The notes under the pieces are model-generated. The model was not told the origin of the DNA and searched no databases. It saw only the letters and a list, made by a program, of their open reading frames with translations. From Gemmatimonadota bacterium (GTDB taxonomy: Bacteria; Gemmatimonadota; Gemmatimonadetes; Palauibacterales; Palauibacteraceae), in assembly GCA_039587755.1 (NCBI GenBank), contig JBDHBD010000009.1, forward strand, positions 62-64,061: a stretch of 64,000 bases of DNA, given 5' to 3'. Shown here piece after piece: positions 55,089 to 64,000 of the stretch. Within the stretch, counting starts at the first letter, position 1, and the number at the start of each line of letters is the position of its first letter. The translations under genes were made by a program, and so were the position numbers.

Positions 55089-55979
55089 TCAGGCCGCGGT
55101 CCAGAAGCCTTCGAGCGCCGATCCGTCGGGCGACGCCCGCAGCTTGTCGAACGCGCGGTTTCGGATTTGGCGAATCCGCTCACGGGTCACGCCGAGGAGG
55201 GAGCCGATCTCCTCCAGCGTCATCTCCTCGCCATCGTCCAGCCCATAATAGAGGACCAGAATCTTGCGCTCCCTCTCCGTGAGGTAGCGTTCGAACATCC
55301 GCTCCAGGAACTCCCTGCGGGCTTGACCTTCGACATCCACCTCGATGTCAGCGTCGTGCATGCCGGCAAAGCGCTCACCGAAGGAGGCGCTATCACGGTC
55401 GGACTTGTCGAGCGGTGCGTCGAGACTCAGCTCGGCCGAGGCGACGCGTCGCAGCGCGCGCACCGTCTCGACGGGCTCGCTCATCTCCTCCGCGATCTCC
55501 CGATCGGTGGGGGTGCGCCCCAGCTTCTGCGTGAGCGCCGTCTCCGTTCGCGACAGCTTGACCAGATTCGAGTTCTGGTTCAGCGGGATGCGAACCGAGC
55601 GGGTCTGTTCGGCGAGCGCCTGCAGCACGGTCTGGCGGATCCACCACACCGCGTAGGAGATAAACTTCACCCCCTTGTCGGGATCGAACTTCTTGACGGC
55701 CTTCAGCAGGCCTTCGTTCCCGATGCACACGAGCTCGGCCAGATTCAGCCCACGGCCTTGGTACTTCTTTACGTACGAGATGACGAACCGGAGGTTGGCC
55801 GTGACCAGCCGCTCGGCGGCGGCACGGTCGCCGACGCGAGCTCGGCGGGCGATCTCCCGCTCTTTCTGCGGATCTTCGATCAGCGGGTACCGCTCCACAT
55901 CCTGGAGGTACTGATCGAACGAGTCCAGCGCACGAGTATCGAAGAACATAGGCGTTTTGCGGCTCACCTTTGCGGGCAT
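55089..55979 (-). CDS. RNA polymerase sigma-70 family factor (RpoD/RpoS-like, regions 1.2-4)
   Basis: 296 aa ORF. LVTANLRFVISYVKKYQGRGLNLAELVCIGNEGLLKAVKKFDPDKGVKFISYAVWWIRQ (region 2), LEEIGSLLGVTRERIRQIRNRA (region 4.2). Confidence 0.9.
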   Translation of the reverse strand: MPAKVSRKTPMFFDTRALDSFDQYLQDVERYPLIEDPQKEREIARRARVGDRAAAERLVTANLRFVISYVKKYQGRGLNLAELVCIGNEGLLKAVKKFDPDKGVKFISYAVWWIRQTVLQALAEQTRSVRIPLNQNSNLVKLSRTETALTQKLGRTPTDREIAEEMSEPVETVRALRRVASAELSLDAPLDKSDRDSASFGERFAGMHDADIEVDVEGQARREFLERMFERYLTERERKILVLYYGLDDGEEMTLEEIGSLLGVTRERIRQIRNRAFDKLRASPDGSALEGFWTAA

Positions 55980-56126
55980 ACACAGAACGGCGTCACAGGC
56001 TTACACCTGAGGCGAAGCCCGGCAACCGTTTCGCTGAGGTCAGGGCTCGATTGCCCCATTTTGACGAACGCTTGATACAGGGCTGATACACTGTTGTTCC
56101 CGAAGGACGCGCTCGAGATCTAGGCG

Positions 56127-56276
56127 TCACGAGGGCTCCCCCGGCCCCCGGATTTTGGCGCTGAGCTCCAACACCCGCTCGGCATTCCGCACCCGGCGCT
56201 CGAGACGCCACACGTACCACAGCAGCACGCACCACGTGAGCACATATCCCGCGACGAGAAACCCGAGGCTATTCAT
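56127..56276 (-). CDS. ccmD: heme exporter protein CcmD (49 aa, below the ORF-track cutoff)
   Basis: My translation: MNSLGFLVAGYVLTWCVLLWYVWRLERRVRNAERVLELSAKIRGPGEPS*. One TM followed by a basic stretch, the expected size and position after ccmC. Its ATG overlaps the ccmC stop (ATGAATAG). Confidence 0.65.
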   Translation of the reverse strand: MNSLGFLVAGYVLTWCVLLWYVWRLERRVRNAERVLELSAKIRGPGEPS

Positions 56277-56955
56277 GGTCGGGCCCCAGCTCCTCGAGTC
56301 GCTGCTCCGTCTTCGCCAGACTGAACCGGCGTGCCATCATGTACACGTAGACCAGCGTAAACGCGGCCACGTTGAACGCCAGGACGGCCAGTATTCGCGG
56401 GTCCGCGGAACGCGGCGACGACGGAGGCTGGTGGATGCTTCGCCACCAGTAGACGGACAGATACACGATGGGCACCTGAACGAAACCCACGATACCTACG
56501 ACGGCGGACCAGCGGGCTCGCTTCTCGGGGTCGTCGGCGAACGAGCGCACCATGAGGTACCCCACGTAAACCATCAGAAGAATCGCCGTCGTGGTGAGGC
56601 GTGGATCCCAAACCCACCACACCCCCCACGTCGGCTTCCCCCACAGAGAGCCTTGCGCCAGGGTCAGCGCGGTGAACACTACTCCTATCTCGGCCGAGCT
56701 GACCGCTACAAGGTCCCATCGCGGCTTCCGCTGAACGATATACAGCACGCTCATGCAGAAGACGACGAAGAAGGAAAGAAATGCCAGCCACGCCGACGGG
56801 ACGTGCACGTACATGAGACGCTGCACCTCTCCCTGAAGCGCGTCAGCCGGTACGACCCACAGAGCGATTAGGCTTCCTGCCACCATTGCGAGAAGCGCCA
56901 GGCCCCCCAGCCCGCGGACGCGGCCTAGTCCTCCAGAACTACCGGAAAAATCCAT
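56269..56955 (-). CDS. ccmC: heme exporter protein CcmC
   Basis: C-terminal 228 aa of the 433 aa ORF (ATG 56955). LMYVHVPSAW, Trp-rich WGKPTWGVWWVWDPRLT heme-handling motif. Confidence 0.9.
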   Translation of the reverse strand: MDFSGSSGGLGRVRGLGGLALLAMVAGSLIALWVVPADALQGEVQRLMYVHVPSAWLAFLSFFVVFCMSVLYIVQRKPRWDLVAVSSAEIGVVFTALTLAQGSLWGKPTWGVWWVWDPRLTTTAILLMVYVGYLMVRSFADDPEKRARWSAVVGIVGFVQVPIVYLSVYWWRSIHQPPSSPRSADPRILAVLAFNVAAFTLVYVYMMARRFSLAKTEQRLEELGPDHE

Positions 56956-57602
56956 GTGCACACCACGAAAAAGATGATGTCGAACGCGACCAACAATCTT
57001 ACCCAACCCGCCATTCGGCCCATGGCGTCGCCAAGCACGAGCGCCCCCGTCGCGTTCACCGCTGCGAGCAGCAGCGGCACCAGTGCCGGAAACACGAGCA
57101 GCGGGAGCATGAGCTCTCGGGCCCGGAGATGTACCGTCAACGCCGCATAGAAGGTTCCTATCACCGAGAAGCCGATCGAGCCGAGCACGGCAATCCCGAT
57201 CAATCCGGGCGCGTGTGGCCACAAGTCGAGCTGGAAGAGCACGCCGGCTGCGGGGAATAGGACGGCCTCCACAGCCAGCAGCACGGTGAGATTGCCCAGG
57301 ACCTTGCCGAGATAGATGGCGCGGATCTCGCCCGGGTAGAGCTGCAGATACTGGAGACCTCCTGCCAGCTCCTCGGTTTGAAACGTGCGGCCGAGCGACA
57401 GCGTGCCGGTGAAGGCGATCCCGACCCAGATCAGGCCGCCCGCCAGCTGCCGCAGGAGCGCGGCGTCGGGCCCGATGGCGAAGCTGAACAGAAATAGCAC
57501 GAGCGCGGCAAAAAACACCATGGCGTTGAGGCCCTGCTTTGTGCGCAACTCGATCAGCAGGTCCTTCCAAAAGATCGCCCAGGTACGAATCGCCAGATCC
57601 AA
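56925..57602 (-). CDS. ccmB: heme exporter protein CcmB
   Basis: 225 aa ORF. FWKDLLIELRTKQGLNAMVFFAALVLFLFSFA. Six TM segments. Confidence 0.9.
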   Translation of the reverse strand: MDLAIRTWAIFWKDLLIELRTKQGLNAMVFFAALVLFLFSFAIGPDAALLRQLAGGLIWVGIAFTGTLSLGRTFQTEELAGGLQYLQLYPGEIRAIYLGKVLGNLTVLLAVEAVLFPAAGVLFQLDLWPHAPGLIGIAVLGSIGFSVIGTFYAALTVHLRARELMLPLLVFPALVPLLLAAVNATGALVLGDAMGRMAGWVRLLVAFDIIFFVVCTWIFPVVLED

Positions 57603-57669
57603 CCTTTTCCTCTCTTCTCTCTTCCGAGTTTGATTCCGAGTCTGTGTGCCCTGCCGACCCGGCGTCGCC

Positions 57670-58407
57670 TCAGCGCCTGGAGGTGGCTAGCGTCTCGAGC
57701 CTCGCCCGCGCCTCGGCCGGTGTCTCGAGCGCTTCCAGCCGACCGTTGCGAAGCAGCGCGATCCGATCGGCGGCCTTGTACGCGTCAGCGTGCTGGTGAG
57801 AGGCGAGGACGACCGTCGCCCCGGCTTCCCGGAACTTGCCCAGGACACGAGTGACCAGCTCGACCCCATCGGAATCGAGGCTGATGAAGGGCTCGTCGAG
57901 CAGCACGAGATCCAGAGGACGCAGCAGCAGACGAGCCAGCTCGAGCCGACGCCGCATGCCCGTGGAAAACGCCCGGACCCGCATCCCCGCTGCCTCCGAG
58001 AGCCCCACGCGAGCCAGGGACGTCTCGAGATGTGCCGGTTGAGGACGTATGCCGGACATCAACGAAGCGAAGCGAAGGTTCTCGAGCGCCGTGAGGTCGT
58101 CGTAAAGAAAGCCGGTCGCCGTCAGCAATCCGGTGCGCGCCCGAATCGCGGCGGTCTCCCGGCGCACGGAGTGCCCGAAGATCTCGGCGTCGCCCAGCGT
58201 CGGGCGCAACAACGTCGCGAACACCCTGAGCAATGTGGTCTTCCCCGCGCCGTTGGGGCCGAACAAGGCGAGCGTCTCACCGAGCTTCACCTCCAGGCTG
58301 ACCTCCCGCAGCGCCCACCTGTGGCCGAAGCGCCGCGACAAGTCGCGGGCCCGGATCGCCGGAGACGGGCTCGACGCGTGCCCGTCGGCCGGAGACGTCG
58401 TCATCAC
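57670..58407 (-). CDS. ccmA: heme ABC exporter ATP-binding protein CcmA
   Basis: 245 aa ORF. LFGPNGAGKTTLL, FSTGMRRRLELA, LVLLDEPF. Confidence 0.9.
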   Translation of the reverse strand: MMTTSPADGHASSPSPAIRARDLSRRFGHRWALREVSLEVKLGETLALFGPNGAGKTTLLRVFATLLRPTLGDAEIFGHSVRRETAAIRARTGLLTATGFLYDDLTALENLRFASLMSGIRPQPAHLETSLARVGLSEAAGMRVRAFSTGMRRRLELARLLLRPLDLVLLDEPFISLDSDGVELVTRVLGKFREAGATVVLASHQHADAYKAADRIALLRNGRLEALETPAEARARLETLATSRR

Positions 58408-58478
58408 GCGCGCCCAGGCCCCGCTACGCCACGACTGCGCCCAACGGGATCTGGCCGGACGCGGACAGGCGGGGTAGC

Positions 58479-59702
58479 TTGGCGCCCCGAGAGACCATGG
58501 AACTCACCGATCTGGCCACACTCAGTCAGCCTTCCGAACGGGCGATCCTTCTGCTCGTGCTGGATGGGCTCGGAGGGCTCCCGCTGGAGCCCGGAGGACC
58601 GACCGAGCTCGAGGTGGCACGGACCCCGAACCTCGACGAGCTCGCCCGCGCCGGCACGTGCGGCCTTCATCGACCCGTAGCGGCCGGTGTGTCGCCCGGG
58701 AGCGGTCCGGGTCACCTGGCCCTGTTCGGCTACGATCCACTCGAGTACCGGACGGGGCGGGGCGTGCTTTCCGCCCTCGGGATCGGCTTCGACCTCGAGC
58801 CGCTGGACATCGCGGCCCGCGGCAACTTCTGTACTCTGGACGGTGACGGCCTCGTCACGGATCGACGCGCGGGAAGGATCAGCAGCGAGGCGGCGGCGCC
58901 CCTGGCGGAGGCACTGGACGCGATCGAGGTCGAGGGAGCGGCCACGTTCGTGCGGCACGTGAAGGAGCACCGCTTCCTGCTCGTAATCCGGCCCGACACG
59001 GAGCTGGGCGCGAACCTCGCCGACACCGATCCCGGGCAGACGGGCTTGACACCCCGCGACCTCCACGTGACGAATTCGGAATCCGAGCCTGCCGCTCGTA
59101 TCGTGCGCACCTGGCTGACCGAAGCCGCCGCGGTCCTGTCGGGCCAACCGCACGCCAACATGGCGCTGCTGAGGGGGTTCTCTCGCCGACCCAGTTGGCC
59201 GACCTTCGGCGAGGTCTTCGGAGTCAACCCGGTAGCGATCGCCGCCTATCCGATGTACCGGGGTGTGGCCAGGCTGGTCGGGATGGAGGCCATCGAGGTT
59301 TCGGACGATCTGGGGAGCCTCGTGGCGGAGCTCGCGGCACGGCGCACGTCTCACGACTTCTTCTTCCTGCACTACAAGGCGCCCGACAAGGCCGGCGAGG
59401 ATGGGGATTTCGAGCGCAAGGTCGAGACGCTCGAGGCCCTCGACACAATCCTCCCGCGTCTGCTGAAAGTGGGCCCCGAGGTCGTGCTGGTCACAGGCGA
59501 CCATTCGACACCCGCCAGACTGGGAAGCCACAGCTGGCACCCCGTACCCTTCCTGATCCATGGGGGAGAGGACCGCGCGGACGGCGTCACGGCGTTCGGT
59601 GAGACGGCCTGCCTGGGGGGCGTCCACGGGATCGTACGCGGCTGCGAATTGATGCCGCTTGCGGCCGCGCGAGCCGGACGGTTGGCCAAGTTCGGCGCCT
59701 GA
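58479..59702 (+). CDS. apgM: cofactor-independent phosphoglycerate mutase, archaeal-type (ApgM family)
   Basis: 407 aa ORF. ILLLVLDGLGGLP, FFFLHYKAPDKAGEDGDF, LVTGDHSTP. Confidence 0.85.
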   Translation: MAPRETMELTDLATLSQPSERAILLLVLDGLGGLPLEPGGPTELEVARTPNLDELARAGTCGLHRPVAAGVSPGSGPGHLALFGYDPLEYRTGRGVLSALGIGFDLEPLDIAARGNFCTLDGDGLVTDRRAGRISSEAAAPLAEALDAIEVEGAATFVRHVKEHRFLLVIRPDTELGANLADTDPGQTGLTPRDLHVTNSESEPAARIVRTWLTEAAAVLSGQPHANMALLRGFSRRPSWPTFGEVFGVNPVAIAAYPMYRGVARLVGMEAIEVSDDLGSLVAELAARRTSHDFFFLHYKAPDKAGEDGDFERKVETLEALDTILPRLLKVGPEVVLVTGDHSTPARLGSHSWHPVPFLIHGGEDRADGVTAFGETACLGGVHGIVRGCELMPLAAARAGRLAKFGA

Positions 59703-59719
59703 AGGAATCGGGGCGAGCG

Positions 59720-60067
59720 TCAGGCCAGGCTCCGCTCGCCGGCGTCGCCTCCGTACTCCAGAGCGGCCGCCGCCATCGCCACTCCCGTCGCCATCATCAC
59801 GACCCCGATCACCAGATCGTTCCACAGCGGGAAGGAAAGGCTGAGGTAGCCGTGCACGAACGGCGAGAGCATGCTGTACAGAGCCATTCCCATCACCAGC
59901 CACCCGTGCAACCGTCCGCCTCCGATCTGAGCCGCCACCGATATCGCGACGAGGATCGCGCCGATCATCAGACTGTGCCACCACAAGAAACCGAACGGAT
60001 AGCGCCAGACGAATGGCGCGACGAGATACCACAGGCCGATGACGAGGCCGATGCGCGGTGCGTTCAT
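59720..60067 (-). CDS. SPW-repeat membrane protein
   Basis: Start at MNAPRIG (ATG 60067), preceded by GGAGGAAC. Two repeats, each with a helix pair and (S/A)P(F)V motifs (LVAPFVW, MLSPFVH). Confidence 0.65.
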   Translation of the reverse strand: MNAPRIGLVIGLWYLVAPFVWRYPFGFLWWHSLMIGAILVAISVAAQIGGGRLHGWLVMGMALYSMLSPFVHGYLSLSFPLWNDLVIGVVMMATGVAMAAAALEYGGDAGERSLA

Positions 60068-60173
60068 GTTCCTCCTGCGTTTCCTGTCGCGTCGGGGTGA
60101 CGCCCTATGATGGGTGCCCTCGCTGGCTACTGCAATCAGCGACTCCAACCTCACGGCCCTCGGGCGCTGCCTC

Positions 60174-62492
60174 TCAGATCCGCGCCCGACGTAGACGATT
60201 CGCGTTTGACACGACCGTGATGGAGCTGAGGGCCATCGCTCCCTCCGCGATCACGGGATGGAGCAGGCCGAAGAAGGCGACCGGAATCGCGAAGGTGTTG
60301 TAAAAGTAAGCCCAGAAAAGGTTCTGTCGGATCTTGCGGAAGGTGGCGCGCGCCAGACGTACGGCGCGCAGGAGCGCTCCGAGGTCGCCCTGCACCAGCG
60401 TGATGTCCGCCGCCTCGATCGCGATGTCGGTCCCGGTCCCGATGGCGATTCCCACGTCGGCCTGTTTCAGCGACGGCGCGTCGTTGATGCCATCGCCGAC
60501 CATGACGACCATCCGACCTCCCTCCTGCAGGCGGCGGATCGCGGCCACCTTCTGCGCGGGGAGCAGCTCCGCCCGGAACTCTCGGATTCCCAGCTGGCGA
60601 GCCACCGCGGCCGCGGTTCGCTCGTTGTCACCCGTCAAAAGCACGATGTCGAACCCAAGAGCCCGGAGCGCGGCAAGCGACGACGCGGCGTCTTCCTTCA
60701 GCGGGTCCGCGATACCCAAAAGCCCGGCGACGACTCCGTCGACGGCCGCGTACATTACGGTTTCTCCCCGCTGCTCGAGCTCCGCCGCTGCGTCCTCGAC
60801 GCCGGTCGCGTCGATTCCGCGGTCGACCATCAGACGCCGGCTTCCGATCTCGACGCGGCGCTCGCCGACCGTTCCAACGACACCACGTCCTACGACAGCC
60901 TCGACCCCTACCGCCGGCTCGAGCTCGATTCCGCGCTCTTTCGCCTCTTCGACCACGGAGAGCGCCAACGGGTGCTCTGAATCACGCTCTACCGAAGCTA
61001 CCATTTCCAGCAACGTCGCCTCGCTCCACCCGGGCCGGGGCTGTACGGCCGTGACCCGAGGCTCCCCGCGCGTGACCGTGCCCGTCTTGTCGAGTACGAG
61101 CGTGCGCGCCTGGTCCAGGGTCTGAATCGCCGCGCCATCCCGTACGAGGACCCCCCGTTCCGCTCCCAGGCCGGTCCCGACCATGAGCGCCGTGGGGGTT
61201 GCCAGACCGAGTGCGCACGGGCAAGCGATCACGAGGACGGCGACGGCTGCAAAAATCGCCAGCGACACCGGGCCGAGCGCCGGATTCACCCACGGCACGA
61301 ACTGCCGGGCGGCCACGATCACCGAATAAAAGAAGTCGGGAAGAGCCAGCCAGAGAATCAGGGCAGCCGCCGCCACCGCGAGGATCGCGGGCACGAACAC
61401 GCCTGTCACTCGGTCGGCGAACTCCTGGATGGGGACCTTGCTGGCCTGCGCCTCTTCGACCATGCGGACCACGTGCGCCAGGAACGTGTCCTCGCCCACG
61501 CCCGTCGCCCGGACGCGTAACGCGCCGAAGCTGTTGATCGTCGATCCGATCACCGCGTCGCCGGGCCCCTTTGCGACCGGCAGCGACTCGCCGGTTGCCA
61601 GCGATTCGTCGATCGCGCTCCGGCCCTCGGTGATCGTTCCGTCCGTCGGGATCTTTTCCCCGGGCCGAACGACCATGATGTCTGCCACTCGCACCTCACG
61701 CGTGGGCACTTCGATCTCCTCGCCGTCACGAAGCACGCGGGCGGTGGGTGCTTCCAGAGACAGCAGGCGCTGGATCGCTTGCGAGGTCCTGCCCCGTGCC
61801 TTTGCCTCCACGTATCGACCCGTCAGGTGGATCGCGACAATCATCGCACCGACGCCCGCGTAGTTCATGAGCATGGGAGCCGCGCCCAGCGCATGGAGCA
61901 CCGCGACGACCCCCGTGGCGACGGACACGCCGCTTCCAATCGCGATCAGCACGTCCATGTTGGGTCGCAGGCCCCGCGCGGAGCGGAAGGCGCTTCGCAT
62001 CGTGTCCAGCCCTGGTCCCATCAGAACGATCGTGGCCAGGACGGTCATCCCGAGATCGAAGGCCACCACGGATGGCCACTTCACCCCGAAGAGCATCTCC
62101 GGCACCATCCAGAGCATGATCGGCACCGTGATGGACCAGGCGACCACAAGCCGGCGACGAGCCAGCCGCAACGCTTCCTCGGAGCGCCGCAGCCGCTCCC
62201 GCTCCCTCTCCGCCCGGTCCTCGCCCGCCTCCGACGGCGGGATCAGCTCGTATCCCGCGGCCTGCACGGCTCCACGAAGATCCTCTACATCGATTGAAAG
62301 GGGGAACTCGACGGTGGCCGACTCCGCGGCCAGACTGACGCTGGCTTCCACCCCGTCCAGCCGATTCAACGTGCTCTCGACGGCCGCGCTGCAACCCGCG
62401 CAGTGCATGCCTTCCACACGGAAGATCACTTTCTGAAGGCCGTTCTCTTCGGCCGCAGGCCGGCCCACGACGCTCTCTGATTGAGTGTGCAT
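60174..62492 (-). CDS. copA: copper-translocating P1B-type ATPase
   Basis: 772 aa ORF. HMA domain [37 protein letters not shown]. Confidence 0.95.
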   Translation of the reverse strand: MHTQSESVVGRPAAEENGLQKVIFRVEGMHCAGCSAAVESTLNRLDGVEASVSLAAESATVEFPLSIDVEDLRGAVQAAGYELIPPSEAGEDRAERERERLRRSEEALRLARRRLVVAWSITVPIMLWMVPEMLFGVKWPSVVAFDLGMTVLATIVLMGPGLDTMRSAFRSARGLRPNMDVLIAIGSGVSVATGVVAVLHALGAAPMLMNYAGVGAMIVAIHLTGRYVEAKARGRTSQAIQRLLSLEAPTARVLRDGEEIEVPTREVRVADIMVVRPGEKIPTDGTITEGRSAIDESLATGESLPVAKGPGDAVIGSTINSFGALRVRATGVGEDTFLAHVVRMVEEAQASKVPIQEFADRVTGVFVPAILAVAAAALILWLALPDFFYSVIVAARQFVPWVNPALGPVSLAIFAAVAVLVIACPCALGLATPTALMVGTGLGAERGVLVRDGAAIQTLDQARTLVLDKTGTVTRGEPRVTAVQPRPGWSEATLLEMVASVERDSEHPLALSVVEEAKERGIELEPAVGVEAVVGRGVVGTVGERRVEIGSRRLMVDRGIDATGVEDAAAELEQRGETVMYAAVDGVVAGLLGIADPLKEDAASSLAALRALGFDIVLLTGDNERTAAAVARQLGIREFRAELLPAQKVAAIRRLQEGGRMVVMVGDGINDAPSLKQADVGIAIGTGTDIAIEAADITLVQGDLGALLRAVRLARATFRKIRQNLFWAYFYNTFAIPVAFFGLLHPVIAEGAMALSSITVVSNANRLRRARI

Positions 62493-62590
62493 GTCTCGTC
62501 TTCCCTCTGTCCTTCCGTCTTCCCTTGTGGGCTCCTATGGGCTTCTCGACTTGCCCTCGGGCTGCCGCTGGTGCGTCCTCGAGGACGCGT

Positions 62591-62902
62591 CTACGCCAGG
62601 TGGCGGTAGAACAGCTCCACGAGCTCGCGGCGGACCTCGGAGGCGGCTGGGCCGCCCTCCGCCAGCGCACGCCCCGCGCAGCGCTCAAGGTGATTCTCGA
62701 GCAGCTGCTTCTCGGCCGAGCGGAGTGCCGAATGAACGGCCGCGAACTGCTGCAAGATGTCCGGGCAGTACCGCTCCTCTTCCACCATGCGCCCGATGCC
62801 TTCTACCTGACCACGGATGCGGGCCAGGCGCCGATGGAGATCCTGCTTCGTCGGTGTCGCGATGCCCATCGCGTGTGCGACTTCCGTCCTGTCTCTGGCC
62901 AT
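62591..62902 (-). CDS. csoR: CsoR-family metal-sensing transcriptional repressor
   Basis: 103 aa ORF. RLARIRGQVEGIGRMVEEERYCPDILQQFAAVHSAL..LLENHLERC (C-H-C ligand pattern). Lies directly upstream of copA on the same strand. Confidence 0.9.
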   Translation of the reverse strand: MARDRTEVAHAMGIATPTKQDLHRRLARIRGQVEGIGRMVEEERYCPDILQQFAAVHSALRSAEKQLLENHLERCAGRALAEGGPAASEVRRELVELFYRHLA

Positions 62903-62933
62903 GTGTTTATCCTTGTTCCGATGCCGGTGCAGG

Positions 62934-62953
62934 TACTATACCAGGGTATAGTA
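62934..62953. promoter_or_regulatory. candidate CsoR operator: perfect 9-2-9 inverted repeat TACTATACC-AG-GGTATAGTA in the csoR/pspA divergent region
   Basis: Read directly. It lies 32-51 nt upstream of the csoR ATG and overlaps TATAGT (minus strand) and TATAAT (62952-62957, plus strand) -10-like hexamers. It resembles the TACC-N-GGTA type dyads described for CsoR operators. Confidence 0.6.
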
Positions 62954-63006
62954 TAATGGTTCCGGCTCGCTGGACGAGCGCGGAGGTGTGCCGTAAACTC
63001 GGCCGC

Positions 63007-63684
63007 ATGTTTCGTCGACTGATGCGAGCGCTCGATGAGGCGCTGGACAAGCTTGGGGTAACGGACGACGACGTCGACCGGTTGCTCGACGCCATGCGTC
63101 ACGAGCTGATCGAGACCAAGGCGACCATCCCCGACCTCGAGGCACACCTGGCTGCTCTGGAGCGTGAGCACGCGCGGGAGCGTGACAAGATCGAGGAGTG
63201 CGTGCGCCGGGCCACGCAGGCGGAGGAGATCGGCGATATGGAGACCGTAAAAGTAGCGGTACGGTTCGCCGAACAACACCGGTCGCGTCGCCAAGTTCTG
63301 GAACAGAAGATCGAGACCACCGGGGCCGAGATCACGCTCAAGCGCGAAGAAGTCGACACGATGACGGCCCAGCTCAAAGAGGCCATGAAGCGACGCGACT
63401 CGCTGGCGGCACAGGCGCGACGAGCGCGAACCATCGAAACGACCCGTGGCTCGGGCCGCGACGTGATCGACGAATTCGATCGCGCGGCCGATCGCATGGA
63501 CCGCGGGTTCGATGTCTCCGACGCCGCCGAAGAACTGGACCGAGAGCTGGAGCCCGACGCGGCACCGCGGGAGCAGTGGGAGTCGGTCGAGCGCCGCTAC
63601 GACAAGGCGGAACGGGAAGCGGATGCGGAGCGCCTGCTGCGCGAGCTGAAGCGGCGTATGGGACTGGACTCCGACGAGGACTGA
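63007..63684 (+). CDS. pspA: PspA/IM30 family protein
   Basis: In-frame ATG 63007 (MFRRLMRALDEALDKL..). Long coiled coil with a heptad-like Glu/Arg/Ala pattern. Confidence 0.85.
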   Translation: MFRRLMRALDEALDKLGVTDDDVDRLLDAMRHELIETKATIPDLEAHLAALEREHARERDKIEECVRRATQAEEIGDMETVKVAVRFAEQHRSRRQVLEQKIETTGAEITLKREEVDTMTAQLKEAMKRRDSLAAQARRARTIETTRGSGRDVIDEFDRAADRMDRGFDVSDAAEELDRELEPDAAPREQWESVERRYDKAEREADAERLLRELKRRMGLDSDED

Positions 63685-63702
63685 CCCGAAAAGGACTGGC
63701 TC

Positions 63703-64000
63703 GTGAACATTCGTATCCTGGCCGTCATCGCATACCCGCTCATCCTCATCGCCGTCAGCCTGTGGCGCTCGCGCGCGGTGAAGAGCCACGCGGACTTCAT
63801 GGTCGCGGGCCGCGGCGTCCCAGTGGCGCTTCTCGTCGGCACACTGGTCTGCACGTGGATCGGCTCGGGCTCGCTGTTCGGCGGAGCGGGACTCGCCTAT
63901 CGGTCGGGGATCTCCGAGCTGTGGTTCTCGTTCGGCGGCTGGATGGGGTTGCTGGTGGCCTACTTCCTGGCCGGGCGGGTACGGCGCATCGCGCAGTACA
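63703..64000 (+). CDS. sodium:solute symporter family transporter, N-terminal part (runs off the right edge)
   Basis: My translation from GTG 63703: VNIRILAVIAYPLILIAVSLWRSRAVKSHADFMVAGRGVPVALLVGTLVCTWIGSGSLFGGAGLAYRSG.. The pattern DF..AGR......g..l.at.ig.gs..G is the SSS N-terminal signature. Confidence 0.75.
   Translation, partial: MNIRILAVIAYPLILIAVSLWRSRAVKSHADFMVAGRGVPVALLVGTLVCTWIGSGSLFGGAGLAYRSGISELWFSFGGWMGLLVAYFLAGRVRRIAQY

Noticed and set aside
1-64000. CRISPR arrays, rRNA/tRNA genes, IS elements, prophage genes
   Set aside because: Reading both strands I found no regularly spaced direct repeats, no rRNA-like or cloverleaf sequences, and no transposase, integrase, capsid or terminase-like translations.

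Overview
High-GC (about 65-68% by eye) chromosomal segment from a diderm bacterium: it carries Kdo transferase, an MsbA-like exporter and Ccm system I. I cannot place it taxonomically from sequence alone. Most of the window is densely packed housekeeping DNA: pyrE, fur, queE, acs, leuS, uvrA, gyrA, ccmABCD, a sigma-70 factor, the csoR-copA copper module and pspA. Many start/stop codons overlap, and high GC produces very long antisense shadow ORFs. Two stretches look accessory: about 2.4-8.3 kb and about 18.75-21.2 kb. Their GC is visibly lower (about 50-58% in lines I hand-counted, against about 67% in the flanks). They hold stacked small genes of the NTF2/SnoaL, SRPBCC, ABM-like, PNPOx-like and CMD types plus small membrane proteins. 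Their intergenic spacers share several families of short repeated, dyad-symmetric sequences. The most interesting items are these. (1) A CMD/AhpD-like gene that is invisible in the ORF track because an in-frame TGA replaces the second Cys of its CxxC motif, making it a candidate selenoprotein. (2) A family of intergenic elements with conserved YYAAC-AGG ... GTTnnCTG termini and variable hairpin cores. The architecture is attC-like, but no integrase lies in the window. (3) Two copies of a 9-7-9 dyad site, GCAGCCTAA-N6/7-TTAGGC, that bracket a 1.6 kb low-GC segment. (4) A promoter/leader-like module present in three copies. No rRNA, tRNA, CRISPR array, transposase or phage genes were found. All calls rest on reading the translations and sequence by eye; no searches were run.
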